From IMG/VR virus record IMGVR_UViG_3300033076_001145, positions 1-64,000 of that record: a stretch of 64,000 nucleotides of DNA; one strand, written 5' to 3'. Of this stretch, positions 1-9,191 are shown piece by piece. Every line of letters begins with the position of its first letter. Within the stretch, counting starts at the first letter, position 1. The stretch is from a virus. Its lineage: Duplodnaviria; Caudoviricetes. The translations under genes and the position numbers were made by a program. The notes under the pieces are model-generated. The model did no database searches. It was not told the origin of the DNA and saw nothing but the letters and a program-made list of their open reading frames with translations.

Positions 1-110
1 TGTGTGGTTGTTGGGGTTTGTGTGGTTGTTGGGGTTTGTGTGGTTGTTGGGGTTTGTGTGGTTGTTGGGGTTTGTGTGGTTGTTGGGGTTTGTGTAGTTG
101 TTGGGGTTTG
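1..110. repeat. 18-bp tandem repeat (tgtgtggttgttggggtt), about 5-6 copies, encoding TQTPTT on the minus strand
   Basis: Directly visible at the window start. Confidence 0.9.
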
Positions 111-2795
111 TGTTTGTGTTATAGTTGGGGTTTGTGTTTGTGTTTGGGTTGGAGTTGATGTCATAGTGGGGGTTTGGGTAGAGGTCGATGTTTGAGTTGG
201 AGTTTGCGTTTGCGTTGGTGTAATTGTACTTGTTTGCGTTTGCGTTGGTGTAATTGTACTTGTTTGTGTTTGTGTTGGAGTTTGTGTTGATGTTTGCGTT
301 GGAGTTGGTGTGGATGTTGGAGTTGGTGTTTTGGTCACATTTGTTACTTGGCAAGCGGCGAAATATTGTCCATTTGGAGAACCAACTATTGTCCCAATAC
401 CTGTTAATAATATTAAAGTTTCTGTGACGATTTGTTTATCACTAACAACAAAAGTCGCATACGATGTCCTGTCAACAAATTGTAAAGTTATAGTTGATTG
501 TCCCGGTAATATGGTATTATAGTAAGTTAAGTCTCCAGTGTCAAAGGTGAATTGAGTGTTATTATTTAAAAATATTCCATTGCCAGGACTAGTTGGGTCT
601 GCCCATTGTAATAATGTTAAATCACACAAAGGTGTTTGAGTTACCGTAGGTGTTACTGTTGGGGTACTGGTGGTTGTTGGGGTAATTGTAGGTGTTTGAG
701 TTGTTGTTGGAGTAATAGTGGATGTACTAGTTATAGTTGGAGTTTGAGTTGTTGTTGGAGTTTGTGTAGGGGTAGAACTTTCAACAGGAGTCATAGATAC
801 AGTAGGTGTAATTGTTGGGGTGTTAGTAATAGTTGGGGTAATTGTTGTAGTACTGGTGATGGTAGGGGTTTGGGTCACTGTAGGGGTTTGAGTATTAGTA
901 GGGGTTTGAGTTGGAGTATTAGATGGGTTAGGTGTATTGGACGGGGTAGATGTTACGGTGGTTGTTGGGGTTATTGTACTAGTTTGAGTAGTTGTTGGTG
1001 TTTGAGTAGTTGTTGAAGTTATCGTCGGAGTCTGTGTCATCGTCGGAGTTTGGGTTGGGGTTGGGGTATTACTTTCCGGTGGAGTTGGGGGAGGGGTCTC
1101 ACTAGGTGTTGGACTTTGACTAATTGTTGGGGTTAGTGTTGGGGATACTGACAAAGTTGGGGTATTACTAATTGTCGGGGTAATAGTTTGTGTTTGAGTT
1201 GGGGTTGGAGTTATTGTATTTGTAGGAGTAACAGTTTGTGTTATTGTTTGGGTAATAGTTGGGGTAATAGTTGATGTCTGAGTCGGTGTATTAGATGGGT
1301 TAGGTGTATTAGATGGGGTTGATGTTACAGTTGAGGTATTAGTAACAGTTGGTGTTTGAGTTGAGGTATTAGTGACAGTTGGTGTTTGAGTTGAGGTATT
1401 AGTAACAGTTGGTGTTTGAGTTGATGTATTAGTAACCGTAGGGGTATTAGTAACTGTAGGAGTATTAGTAACTGTAGGAGTATTAGATGGGTTAGGTGTC
1501 TCGGTTGGTGTAGAGGACACAGTAACAGTGTTAGTAATTGTAGGAGTTTGAGTTGATGTATTAGTAATTGTAGGAGTTTGAGTTGATGTATTAGTGACTG
1601 TGGGTGTATTTGTAACTGTTGGGGTAACCGTGGGTGTATTTGTAACTGTTGGGGTATTAGTAACAGTAGTCGTATTAGTCGGATTAGGAGTTTCAGGTGG
1701 AGTTGACGATGCGGTAACAGTGTTAGTAATTGTAGGAGTTTGAGTTGATGTATTAGTAATTGTAGGTGTTTGGGTTGATGTACTAGTAATTGTTGGGGTA
1801 TTTGTAACTGTTGGGGTAACTGAACCTGTGGGGGTTTGAGTTTGAGTCGATGTTTGAGTTGGACTATTAGTCGGATTAGGAGTTTCAGGTGGAGTTGACG
1901 ATACGGTAACAGTATTAGTTACGGTAGGTGTTTGGGTCGGTGTATTAGTAACTGTAGGTGTTTGGGTTGATGTGCTAGTAATTGTTGGGGTATTTGTAAC
2001 TGTCGCAGTATTAGTTGGGGTTGGTGTATTTGTTGATGTTGTAGTATTAGTTGGAGTGTTAGTAGGATTAGGAGTTTCAGGAGGAGTTGAAGAAACTGTT
2101 GTTGTTGGAGTAATAGTGGGGGTTTGTGTTGATGTTTTAGTAATTGTTGGGGTTTGTGTTGATGTTGCCGTTGGGGTTTTTGTTTGAGTTACTGACGGAG
2201 TTGGGGTTTTTGTTTGAGTTACTGACGGAGTTGGGGTTTTTGTTGGTGTGTTGGATAATGTTATTGATGGAGTAATGGTATTTGTTGGGGTAATAGATGG
2301 GGTTAAACTTATTGACGGAGTAATACTTGGGGTGACAGAAGTGGTAGGTGTGGGAGTCTTAGTCGGTATGTTAATCTCATCAACACAACATGGTTGGTCA
2401 GTAGTTGTCCCTGTTACAGGTCCATAACCATCTAATGAAAAAGAATCTAAAATTGTTACATAATTTTTCTCATTAAAATCTAACCTAACTGTTCCTTCAT
2501 TAGACACCAATTCAAACACAATTTCATAATTTCCAGCAATTGACGTTTGATTTTTTGAAAACTGATATTCTATATAATATAAAGTCTCAGAATTATTTAA
2601 CGGATTTACTTCTGAAATAACTGAACATGTTAGATTAGACAAATAAATCAAATTATTATCCGTATTAATTAAAGTAAGAGTTACTGAACTTGTTTGAGAT
2701 AAATTTGAAATTAAATTGTAATCACTTCGACCGTCTTTAACTACCTCGACTTTAATTTTTGATAATGTTGAATTTTGACTTATTAAGAATTCCAT
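1..2795 (-). CDS. Giant Thr/Pro-rich mucin-like protein (>=931 aa, 3' end outside the window). N-terminal ~120-aa domain paralogous to the neighbouring 117-aa protein; internal ~100-aa globular domain (~340-630).
   Basis: Absent from the ORF track, consistent with having no stop inside the window. ATG at 2795 overlaps the upstream stop (TAATG). Manual translation gives MEFLISQNSTLSKIKVEVVKDGRSDYN...QPCCVDEINIPTKTPTPTTSVTPSITP...; the same frame gives QTPTTT repeats at the window start. Confidence 0.9.
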   Translation of the reverse strand, partial: MEFLISQNSTLSKIKVEVVKDGRSDYNLISNLSQTSSVTLTLINTDNNLIYLSNLTCSVISEVNPLNNSETLYYIEYQFSKNQTSIAGNYEIVFELVSNEGTVRLDFNEKNYVTILDSFSLDGYGPVTGTTTDQPCCVDEINIPTKTPTPTTSVTPSITPSISLTPSITPTNTITPSITLSNTPTKTPTPSVTQTKTPTPSVTQTKTPTATSTQTPTITKTSTQTPTITPTTTVSSTPPETPNPTNTPTNTTTSTNTPTPTNTATVTNTPTITSTSTQTPTVTNTPTQTPTVTNTVTVSSTPPETPNPTNSPTQTSTQTQTPTGSVTPTVTNTPTITSTSTQTPTITNTSTQTPTITNTVTASSTPPETPNPTNTTTVTNTPTVTNTPTVTPTVTNTPTVTNTSTQTPTITNTSTQTPTITNTVTVSSTPTETPNPSNTPTVTNTPTVTNTPTVTNTSTQTPTVTNTSTQTPTVTNTSTQTPTVTNTSTVTSTPSNTPNPSNTPTQTSTITPTITQTITQTVTPTNTITPTPTQTQTITPTISNTPTLSVSPTLTPTISQSPTPSETPPPTPPESNTPTPTQTPTMTQTPTITSTTTQTPTTTQTSTITPTTTVTSTPSNTPNPSNTPTQTPTNTQTPTVTQTPTITSTTTITPTITNTPTITPTVSMTPVESSTPTQTPTTTQTPTITSTSTITPTTTQTPTITPTTTSTPTVTPTVTQTPLCDLTLLQWADPTSPGNGIFLNNNTQFTFDTGDLTYYNTILPGQSTITLQFVDRTSYATFVVSDKQIVTETLILLTGIGTIVGSPNGQYFAACQVTNVTKTPTPTSTPTPTQTSTQTPTQTQTSTITPTQTQTSTITPTQTQTPTQTSTSTQTPTMTSTPTQTQTQTPTITQTQTPTTTQTPTTTQTPTTTQTPTTTQTPTTTQTPTTT
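1289..2100. repeat. 192-bp (64-aa) periodic repeat units in the mucin-like gene
   Basis: The PNP(S/T)N-encoding motif starts at 1289, 1481, 1673, 1865 and 2057, exactly 192 bp apart. Confidence 0.85.
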
Positions 2796-3148
2796 TAGTT
2801 AGTTACGTTAATATATAATTTTTCCCTTTGTGGTAAAATATAGTCACCATCATCAGTAATTAAAGTGAATTCTGCCTCGAATTTCCCTGTTTGTCTTGTA
2901 TCGAATGATGAAAATTTATAATATATGTAATATTCTATTTTTGAGTTTGGTTCGATAAATATCTTTTCAACAAACCCTCCCTTTTTATTTAATATGACCT
3001 GACGACCATCTAAGGTGTCCTTCATAGAAAAATAAATTAAAGAATTCTCAATAACATCGGAAAAATTATCCAATGAACTTTCACCATCTTTAACGACTTG
3101 CATTTTTAAAAGAGGAAGCGTGGCGTTTTTCTTAATAAAAAATTCCAT
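2795..3148 (-). CDS. Small beta-rich virion protein, possibly BppU N-terminal/baseplate-anchor-like
   Basis: 117 aa; F-I-K-x-N-x-T-L-P start and YxF...T...GxFxxEF pattern; preceded by TATTTATA. Confidence 0.5.
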   Translation of the reverse strand: MEFFIKKNATLPLLKMQVVKDGESSLDNFSDVIENSLIYFSMKDTLDGRQVILNKKGGFVEKIFIEPNSKIEYYIYYKFSSFDTRQTGKFEAEFTLITDDGDYILPQREKLYINVTN

Positions 3149-3152
3149 ATTT

Positions 3153-3160
3153 TATAAATA
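3153..3160 (-). promoter_or_regulatory. Putative late promoter TATTTATA
   Basis: 4 nt upstream of the ATG at 3148; the motif recurs before many structural genes. Confidence 0.6.
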
Positions 3161-3176
3161 CGCCAAAAGTCGAATA

Positions 3177-4853
3177 TCAACTTTCTTTTCTCAAATTCCT
3201 ATCATAATGTTCGTATCTATCATGTTCGGTTGGTGTTAGTAATAAAATTGCGGGATTTAAATTACCTTTTCTCGTCTCTTGGAACATGTGGCTCATCCAA
3301 GTTTGTTCATAAGGGTGAGCCCACTTTGTATCTAAAAACATTCTTTTATTTCCCTCTCTTGTAACTAATTGAGGCCAATTACAGTAAAAAATTTCACCAT
3401 CCGCATATGCCAATCCCTTATGAATCTTAATGTTGTTAAATTTAGTTTTTGGGGCATTTGGGTCTAACCCTTGTTCAGGTAATTTAGTTTTATTTGGAAA
3501 ATATTCTTCTCTAACTACTTGTGGTACATTATACCAAGACCATTGCGTTGAATTGTCACCAAAAAACTCTGAGAAATTTAATTTAATGAAATCAAAATTT
3601 TCTTTAGAAACAATCTCAACTACTTTATCGTAAAGATTTTCAACATAACGGTTAAATCCGTTTCTACAAACTTCCCCTTCTTTGGGATAGAAGAACATGT
3701 CATCCTCAAAAAAGAAATACCCATCTAAATTTGTTTGTTCAAAATGTTCAGCAATAAACTGTCTTCCTCCACAAATTCCTAAATTTTCATGTTTCCAAAT
3801 TATTTCAAATCCATGTTCCTCACATATTTTAATATACTCATCATCCGTGGTCCTGTCTGTTGAGTTATTTAGAAGATATTTTTTTGGTTCATTTAAAAAA
3901 TTGATATCGTAATCAATAAAAGATTGAATCAATGTTTTTAATTGATTAGGACTATTAAATCCAATAACATATAATCCAATACTAGATAAATTTGTGTTTG
4001 TTTTTGAAGGTTTAATTTTTTTAGAAACTAAATTGTCATTTTTAACATCCTCAAAAAATTTACCGACTAACCCATTATCTTCAATTTCATAATAAGTTAT
4101 AAGATTTGGGTATTTGTATGTCATAATTGAAAATAGAGATTCTTCAGTACCCATTAATCCTTTATCTAAAGTGTCGTTTAATAATCCGTAATAAATTGAG
4201 TTTAATTCCGTAATATTTTCTTTTTTACCCCCAAAAAAACCTCCTCTCGCAACTAACTTTACGTCATTATCAGCCCAATTATTTATCTCGGGATATGAGA
4301 ATCCATGTATTTCTTTTTCCGCATTGTATGGGAAACAAATGAACATAAAGTCATTTGTTAAATCTGATATTTTGTCTAAAACTTTATCATGAGTAAAATA
4401 CCCCGGATGTACAGTATTTGTAATCCCTGCGTCAATCCAAAACAATTGTTCAGAATTAAATTTATCTAAAATTTTAGCGTCATTTAAAAGAAACATTTTA
4501 GACATAACCAAAGGATTATACATATCTAATTTAGCCTGCGTTGATTCCCTTAACCACCCTGATTGGCATAACCATTCTTCGTTATTCCTTATTTTTTGAA
4601 TTTTTTCAAAATACGGGTTAGTTTTAAACCACTCAACGTTCCTTTCAATAAATTGTGTGTTATCAGGATTTCTAATTTCATTAACAATTTTACTTAATTC
4701 ATAATCACCATAAATAATCATATCACAATCAACTTGTAATAATTTTTTAAACTTATCAATATAATGATTATAACTCCGAGACCATCCATCAGATAAATTA
4801 TCTCTTCCAATATCCCACAAACCAGTGACTAATGTTATTTTTATTTTTTTCAT
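3177..4853 (-). CDS. HtrL/YibB-like glycosyltransferase domain fused to a GT-A-like domain
   Basis: TLVTGLWDIGR, FWIDAG, GGFFGG, GTEE in the N-half; FFFEDDM in the C-half. Confidence 0.65.
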   Translation of the reverse strand: MKKIKITLVTGLWDIGRDNLSDGWSRSYNHYIDKFKKLLQVDCDMIIYGDYELSKIVNEIRNPDNTQFIERNVEWFKTNPYFEKIQKIRNNEEWLCQSGWLRESTQAKLDMYNPLVMSKMFLLNDAKILDKFNSEQLFWIDAGITNTVHPGYFTHDKVLDKISDLTNDFMFICFPYNAEKEIHGFSYPEINNWADNDVKLVARGGFFGGKKENITELNSIYYGLLNDTLDKGLMGTEESLFSIMTYKYPNLITYYEIEDNGLVGKFFEDVKNDNLVSKKIKPSKTNTNLSSIGLYVIGFNSPNQLKTLIQSFIDYDINFLNEPKKYLLNNSTDRTTDDEYIKICEEHGFEIIWKHENLGICGGRQFIAEHFEQTNLDGYFFFEDDMFFYPKEGEVCRNGFNRYVENLYDKVVEIVSKENFDFIKLNFSEFFGDNSTQWSWYNVPQVVREEYFPNKTKLPEQGLDPNAPKTKFNNIKIHKGLAYADGEIFYCNWPQLVTREGNKRMFLDTKWAHPYEQTWMSHMFQETRKGNLNPAILLLTPTEHDRYEHYDRNLRKES

Positions 4854-4854
4854 A

Positions 4855-6321
4855 TTAAAATCTAATTAAAGGTTCAGTACAACTAACACAATAAAATTTA
4901 AAACAAGAATTTAAAAAGTGAAACCCTGTCCAAGATGATTCCATATTGGCATCTATTGATGACATTCCAATTTCAAGTCCTTCGGCAAATGGCCACAAAT
5001 TTATACTGACTGAAAATTTATCTCTTTTATCCCAAGCATCAACAAAAGTTTTCAATTTTTCATTATTTTTAAATGTCATAAATTGCTCATTACAAACATG
5101 ACCCTCATCATAAAAATCAGTTTCCATTAATTTATATGGACCAATTTTGTGTCTCCAAAAACAATTATTCCAATCATGTTTGGCTTTAATAAAATGAGGT
5201 CTCTCAAAAAGAAAATCATACTCTGATTTTTTAAAAAAATCTAAAAATGATTTAATTTTATTTTCTTCGTATTCAGGACCAACCATCCAATCGGCATCAA
5301 AATAAATTATAAAATCGCTATTAGTTTCTGACGCCATTTTAATCGGGTAATACTTTAAATTGTAATTAAAACATCCGTTGGGATAAAATAAAGTTAGATT
5401 GTTTGGTACTATTTTGACTTCGCAATTTTTTATTTTTTTAGGTTTTTGGTCAGTAACAATTAAAACTTTATGATTTTTTGATATTTTATTCAAATCTTTA
5501 GCAAATTGAGTTGCAATATCATAATATTTTTTACCTATGGCAATTGTACAATAAGTGTATTTGTAATTAGTATTTAAAACATCATTATTAGTTTTCATGA
5601 TGTTATCGTATTCATTAAAAGGTACTGAATCAAAAGTTTCCGCATATCCAATACCTTTTTCAGGTATTAAATCAAATCTCTCCATGTTCTCATAAAAATC
5701 AAAGCTTGGGTTTCGTTCAAATCTCGAGTAATCCATAGCAATTGGTTTAGTATGAATCATAATTATTTTATCAATAATTGCAATTTTATCTTTAGGATAT
5801 CCTAGAATTTTAGGCCATATAAAATCCAATGCCGCTGCTGAGCGGGTTAAATTAAATGTTGGTAGTAATGTGTATAAAATATCTATTTTAAATAACGGTG
5901 CCGATATTTCCACAAAACTTGTGAATCTAAGAAGGTTACCTGGATGTTGCATAGTTATTAAATGTGACACGTGACCCCCTTGGCAAGGTTGAGATAAATA
6001 CAAATCAAAATTTTTAGATATTTCAAAAAATTCGTTTATCTCATTTACCGATATTTCCATGTCACAATCGGGAATCCAAACATATTCATAATTATCAAAT
6101 AGTATTTTATTGTCTGAAATTATATCATATGCTAAATTAAATTTTTCACCTTTTTTTTGTATAAAAAAATCTGATTTTTTTTTAAATTCTAATGATATAT
6201 CAGAATTATTTCCATAATATACCACAAATAAATCATAATTTTTTTTATCAGAATACCATTCAGTGTGGAGTGAATCATCACCTACACAACAAATGACAAT
6301 TGTTTTTTTAGTATCCCCCAT
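4855..6321 (-). CDS. DUF707-like GT domain fused to a second GT-A (GT6-like) domain
   Basis: YDLFVVYYG, WIPDCD, LSQP, FVEISAPLF, LDFIWP; C-half TIAIGKKY...IVTD...YFDAD. Likely start at MGDTKK (6321). Confidence 0.6.
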   Translation of the reverse strand: MGDTKKTIVICCVGDDSLHTEWYSDKKNYDLFVVYYGNNSDISLEFKKKSDFFIQKKGEKFNLAYDIISDNKILFDNYEYVWIPDCDMEISVNEINEFFEISKNFDLYLSQPCQGGHVSHLITMQHPGNLLRFTSFVEISAPLFKIDILYTLLPTFNLTRSAAALDFIWPKILGYPKDKIAIIDKIIMIHTKPIAMDYSRFERNPSFDFYENMERFDLIPEKGIGYAETFDSVPFNEYDNIMKTNNDVLNTNYKYTYCTIAIGKKYYDIATQFAKDLNKISKNHKVLIVTDQKPKKIKNCEVKIVPNNLTLFYPNGCFNYNLKYYPIKMASETNSDFIIYFDADWMVGPEYEENKIKSFLDFFKKSEYDFLFERPHFIKAKHDWNNCFWRHKIGPYKLMETDFYDEGHVCNEQFMTFKNNEKLKTFVDAWDKRDKFSVSINLWPFAEGLEIGMSSIDANMESSWTGFHFLNSCFKFYCVSCTEPLIRF

Positions 6322-6325
6322 TATT

Positions 6326-6856
6326 TTATTTTTTAGCCTCAATATTTAAGCTCATTAATAACCCATTTATCTTATCCATGTGCGGTAAATATGATTGACT
6401 ATAATCGTCAAGTTCGGAATGTTCAGTTTTTCTCCAATCATATTTTATCACCTCTTTAAATCCTATTTCTTTTAAATCCTCTGAAATAGAATTAAAATCC
6501 CACGCACAATAATGGTAATTTTGTTCATACGTTTGTCCACCATATAATAAACCCAATAAAGGTCTAATATCTCTATATGTGTTGTAATACTCAACTATGG
6601 ATTCAAAATTAGGTACGGATATTCTAAGAACACCTCCATCTTTTATTTTTTTATACCAATTTTCTAAAACTTTTTTATAAACATTTCTACCAAAATGCTC
6701 TAAAACATGAGAACAATATATCAAATCAACAGAATTATCATCAAATGTTTCTAACTTTGTAATATCAGAAACAATATCGACCCCCTCAATATCTCTAACA
6801 TCAATATTTATAAATCCGTCTAAAATTTTGTCACCACAACCTAAATGTAATTTCAT
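6326..6856 (-). CDS. SAM-dependent methyltransferase (type 11-like)
   Basis: LHLGCG, SHVLEH, GGVLRISVP. Confidence 0.85.
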   Translation of the reverse strand: MKLHLGCGDKILDGFINIDVRDIEGVDIVSDITKLETFDDNSVDLIYCSHVLEHFGRNVYKKVLENWYKKIKDGGVLRISVPNFESIVEYYNTYRDIRPLLGLLYGGQTYEQNYHYCAWDFNSISEDLKEIGFKEVIKYDWRKTEHSELDDYSQSYLPHMDKINGLLMSLNIEAKK

Positions 6857-7824
6857 ATATTAAATTTAATTAAAATATTATTAATAAAATTGAAAATGTA
6901 ATCATCATAAAAATATTCTGGTAGTATATTGTCAGCAAAAATTGGTTCAGATAACATATTTCTATATTTAATATTGTCTGAATTAATTTCTATTACTTTA
7001 TTAACAATATCGTCAATTGAATTATAATCATGACAATTTATAAACGCCTTTGGGTTATACCCATCCTCAAGTATATTTGGGTTCCCCCAAAATATGGGGA
7101 TTGTGTTTGACGCAAATCCCTGTATTATTTTTTCCTGAGAGAAATAAGGGGCACAAGTAGATTGTATTTGTAAAGAAAATTTTGATTCCGATTGGAACAA
7201 TATTTTATTAGTATAGTCGTCTTTTTCAGAATGTCTTCTTGATACTCTATCACATTCATTATCATTTGTTTCAAATCCTCCACATGAAACAACTTTTTTA
7301 TAATTATTTAATTTTTCAAAAATTTCTCTCCTGTATGGGTTTGTTGATGTCTGTATTACAGTTGCAAATTTATTCTTTGAGTTTATAATTTTTTTTACGT
7401 CTTTCTTTTCTGTCATCCATTTAAAAGGTTCGTCATATAATTTACATTCGTCATACAATTGCCAAGCCGTTGAGACCAAAAAAAACGGCATGTTTAATAA
7501 TCGCTCATGTTTTAACTCAGGATTTGCTCTACCAATTACATAATATTGTTCTCCTTTATTTAGATAAAATCCCATATCACCATATTCCGAATCCAAATAT
7601 ATTTTAATCGCGTTCGGAAATTCTTCTTCAACCTTACCATTTTCATTTGTAAAAAAATCAATTGCATTAGTGTTAGTTGAGTGATTGGCGTAAAACACAA
7701 TGTCTGGAGAGTCATTAGTAACAACTACATTATATTTTTTTTTTAAAATACTAATAATGTAATTAACCATATAATAGCTACAATTATTCCAAAAATTAGC
7801 TCTTGTTACTTTAATTGTTTTCAT
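6853..7824 (-). CDS. GT10 alpha-1,3/4-fucosyltransferase-like protein
   Basis: K..F...KFSL...YFSQEKIIQGF...IPIFWG...YNPKAFIN, a variant of the GT10 motif. Confidence 0.75.
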   Translation of the reverse strand: MKTIKVTRANFWNNCSYYMVNYIISILKKKYNVVVTNDSPDIVFYANHSTNTNAIDFFTNENGKVEEEFPNAIKIYLDSEYGDMGFYLNKGEQYYVIGRANPELKHERLLNMPFFLVSTAWQLYDECKLYDEPFKWMTEKKDVKKIINSKNKFATVIQTSTNPYRREIFEKLNNYKKVVSCGGFETNDNECDRVSRRHSEKDDYTNKILFQSESKFSLQIQSTCAPYFSQEKIIQGFASNTIPIFWGNPNILEDGYNPKAFINCHDYNSIDDIVNKVIEINSDNIKYRNMLSEPIFADNILPEYFYDDYIFNFINNILIKFNI

Positions 7825-8531
7825 ATAAAATATTCTAATAATTTAGTCGTTTCTTCATTATATCCTCCATTATCATGAATAAAAATTGGGTCCTCATTTT
7901 CAAAATTAACCTCTCCATTAATGATTTTAATGTTATTTTTAGCATTGAATGTGTTTAAAACTAATGAACATTTGGTATCTATTTCGACCCCATTTCCTGT
8001 TAGGTACTCTATCTGCCAATTACCTTGGTCACATAACCATTTATAATCCCTATGTATAATTTTATCTAAAACATTTAAATAATCTAATGGTTTTGCACAG
8101 TGTACTCCAGCATTTAAAAATCTGAATTCTGAATTTATTTTTTTATCATCATATAAATGACTAACTTCAGTATTAGGCCATAAATTTTTTTCCGCACCAA
8201 ATAAAATATTGGTGTTATATTTTTCCATAATTTCAGGAATTTTAGATATGCCCCCGACATACCCAACATCAGTTGCGTCTAATAAAACAAAATATTCATA
8301 TTTATTCAGAATTTCATTTTTAATAAATTCATAAAATTTATAAATTCTATAATATGTAAATTTATAATAATAACTTTCATTTAAAATACCTTCTTTTATT
8401 GAGCAAAATCTTAAAGAAAAATAATCCTCTTTTCTAATATCGTTTAATATTTTTTTTTCGAATGTTGGGTTAAAGTGCTCTGACAAATCGTATAAAAACG
8501 TAATTACCGCAATTTTTTTTTTGTTTTCCAT
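7821..8531 (-). CDS. PLOD/LH3 GT-domain-like glycosyltransferase
   Basis: LLDATDV, ILFGAEKNLWP, RFLNAG, DQ, PIFIHDNG. Confidence 0.7.
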   Translation of the reverse strand: MENKKKIAVITFLYDLSEHFNPTFEKKILNDIRKEDYFSLRFCSIKEGILNESYYYKFTYYRIYKFYEFIKNEILNKYEYFVLLDATDVGYVGGISKIPEIMEKYNTNILFGAEKNLWPNTEVSHLYDDKKINSEFRFLNAGVHCAKPLDYLNVLDKIIHRDYKWLCDQGNWQIEYLTGNGVEIDTKCSLVLNTFNAKNNIKIINGEVNFENEDPIFIHDNGGYNEETTKLLEYFI

Positions 8532-8533
8532 AG

Positions 8534-9166
8534 TTAATTTATTATTTGAATATAAAAATTATGTATTAAATCATTATCAGACCTATAAGGAATTCCTTTA
8601 CCAAAAATACTTACAGGTATTTCAGTTTCCCAAAAAAACGTTAATTCTCTACCTCTCATATTACTAATAACTGTATTACTTCTTTCGTCCCTCTCAATAA
8701 AAGGATATTTTGGGAAAATTGTTAACTCGTCACCAACAAAATCAAAGAATTGTTTGTGGTGAGCATTACCTCTATATTGATTATCATAAAGAAATGAGAA
8801 TTCATCATATTTTGATGGAATTGCGACAAATCCTGATTTTGATATTTTTTCTAAAAATGAAATTAAATCTATTGGGTTAAAAACATCTTCTAACGTATGT
8901 GAGCAAATTGAAAAGTCAAATTTTCCATTTTCTTCCACAAATAATAAGATTTCTTTCCAAGTATTTTTATCTTCTAAATTTATGTTAAAAAATTTAACCC
9001 CGTCCATATTAAACTCAATAGAGTCTGCAACATATTTACATTCAGGATACGACCAAAAATTTGCAGATGCTCCAACATCTATAGATTTTAAATTGTTGTT
9101 TTTAATATAATTTTTTATAAATTCTCGTTTACCACCCAAGTCATTATATTCCCATGATTTTATCAT
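8534..9166 (-). CDS. SAM-dependent methyltransferase-like protein
   Basis: IDVGAS, FDFSICSHTLED. Confidence 0.7.
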   Translation of the reverse strand: MIKSWEYNDLGGKREFIKNYIKNNNLKSIDVGASANFWSYPECKYVADSIEFNMDGVKFFNINLEDKNTWKEILLFVEENGKFDFSICSHTLEDVFNPIDLISFLEKISKSGFVAIPSKYDEFSFLYDNQYRGNAHHKQFFDFVGDELTIFPKYPFIERDERSNTVISNMRGRELTFFWETEIPVSIFGKGIPYRSDNDLIHNFYIQIIN

Positions 9167-9191
9167 AATTTTTTATTTTTTATTTTTTAGT

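Noticed and set aside
4-2187. Plus-strand Val/Gly-rich and Cys/Trp-rich ORFs (4..195, 310..522, 636..1016, 1972..2187)
   Set aside because: Antisense shadows of the Thr/Pro-repeat gene on the minus strand
1-2370. GT-rich repeats as a CRISPR array, telomere-like repeat or assembly artefact
   Set aside because: No constant repeat with unique spacers. Unit lengths are multiples of 3, the frame is preserved and synonymous positions vary, so the repeats are coding.
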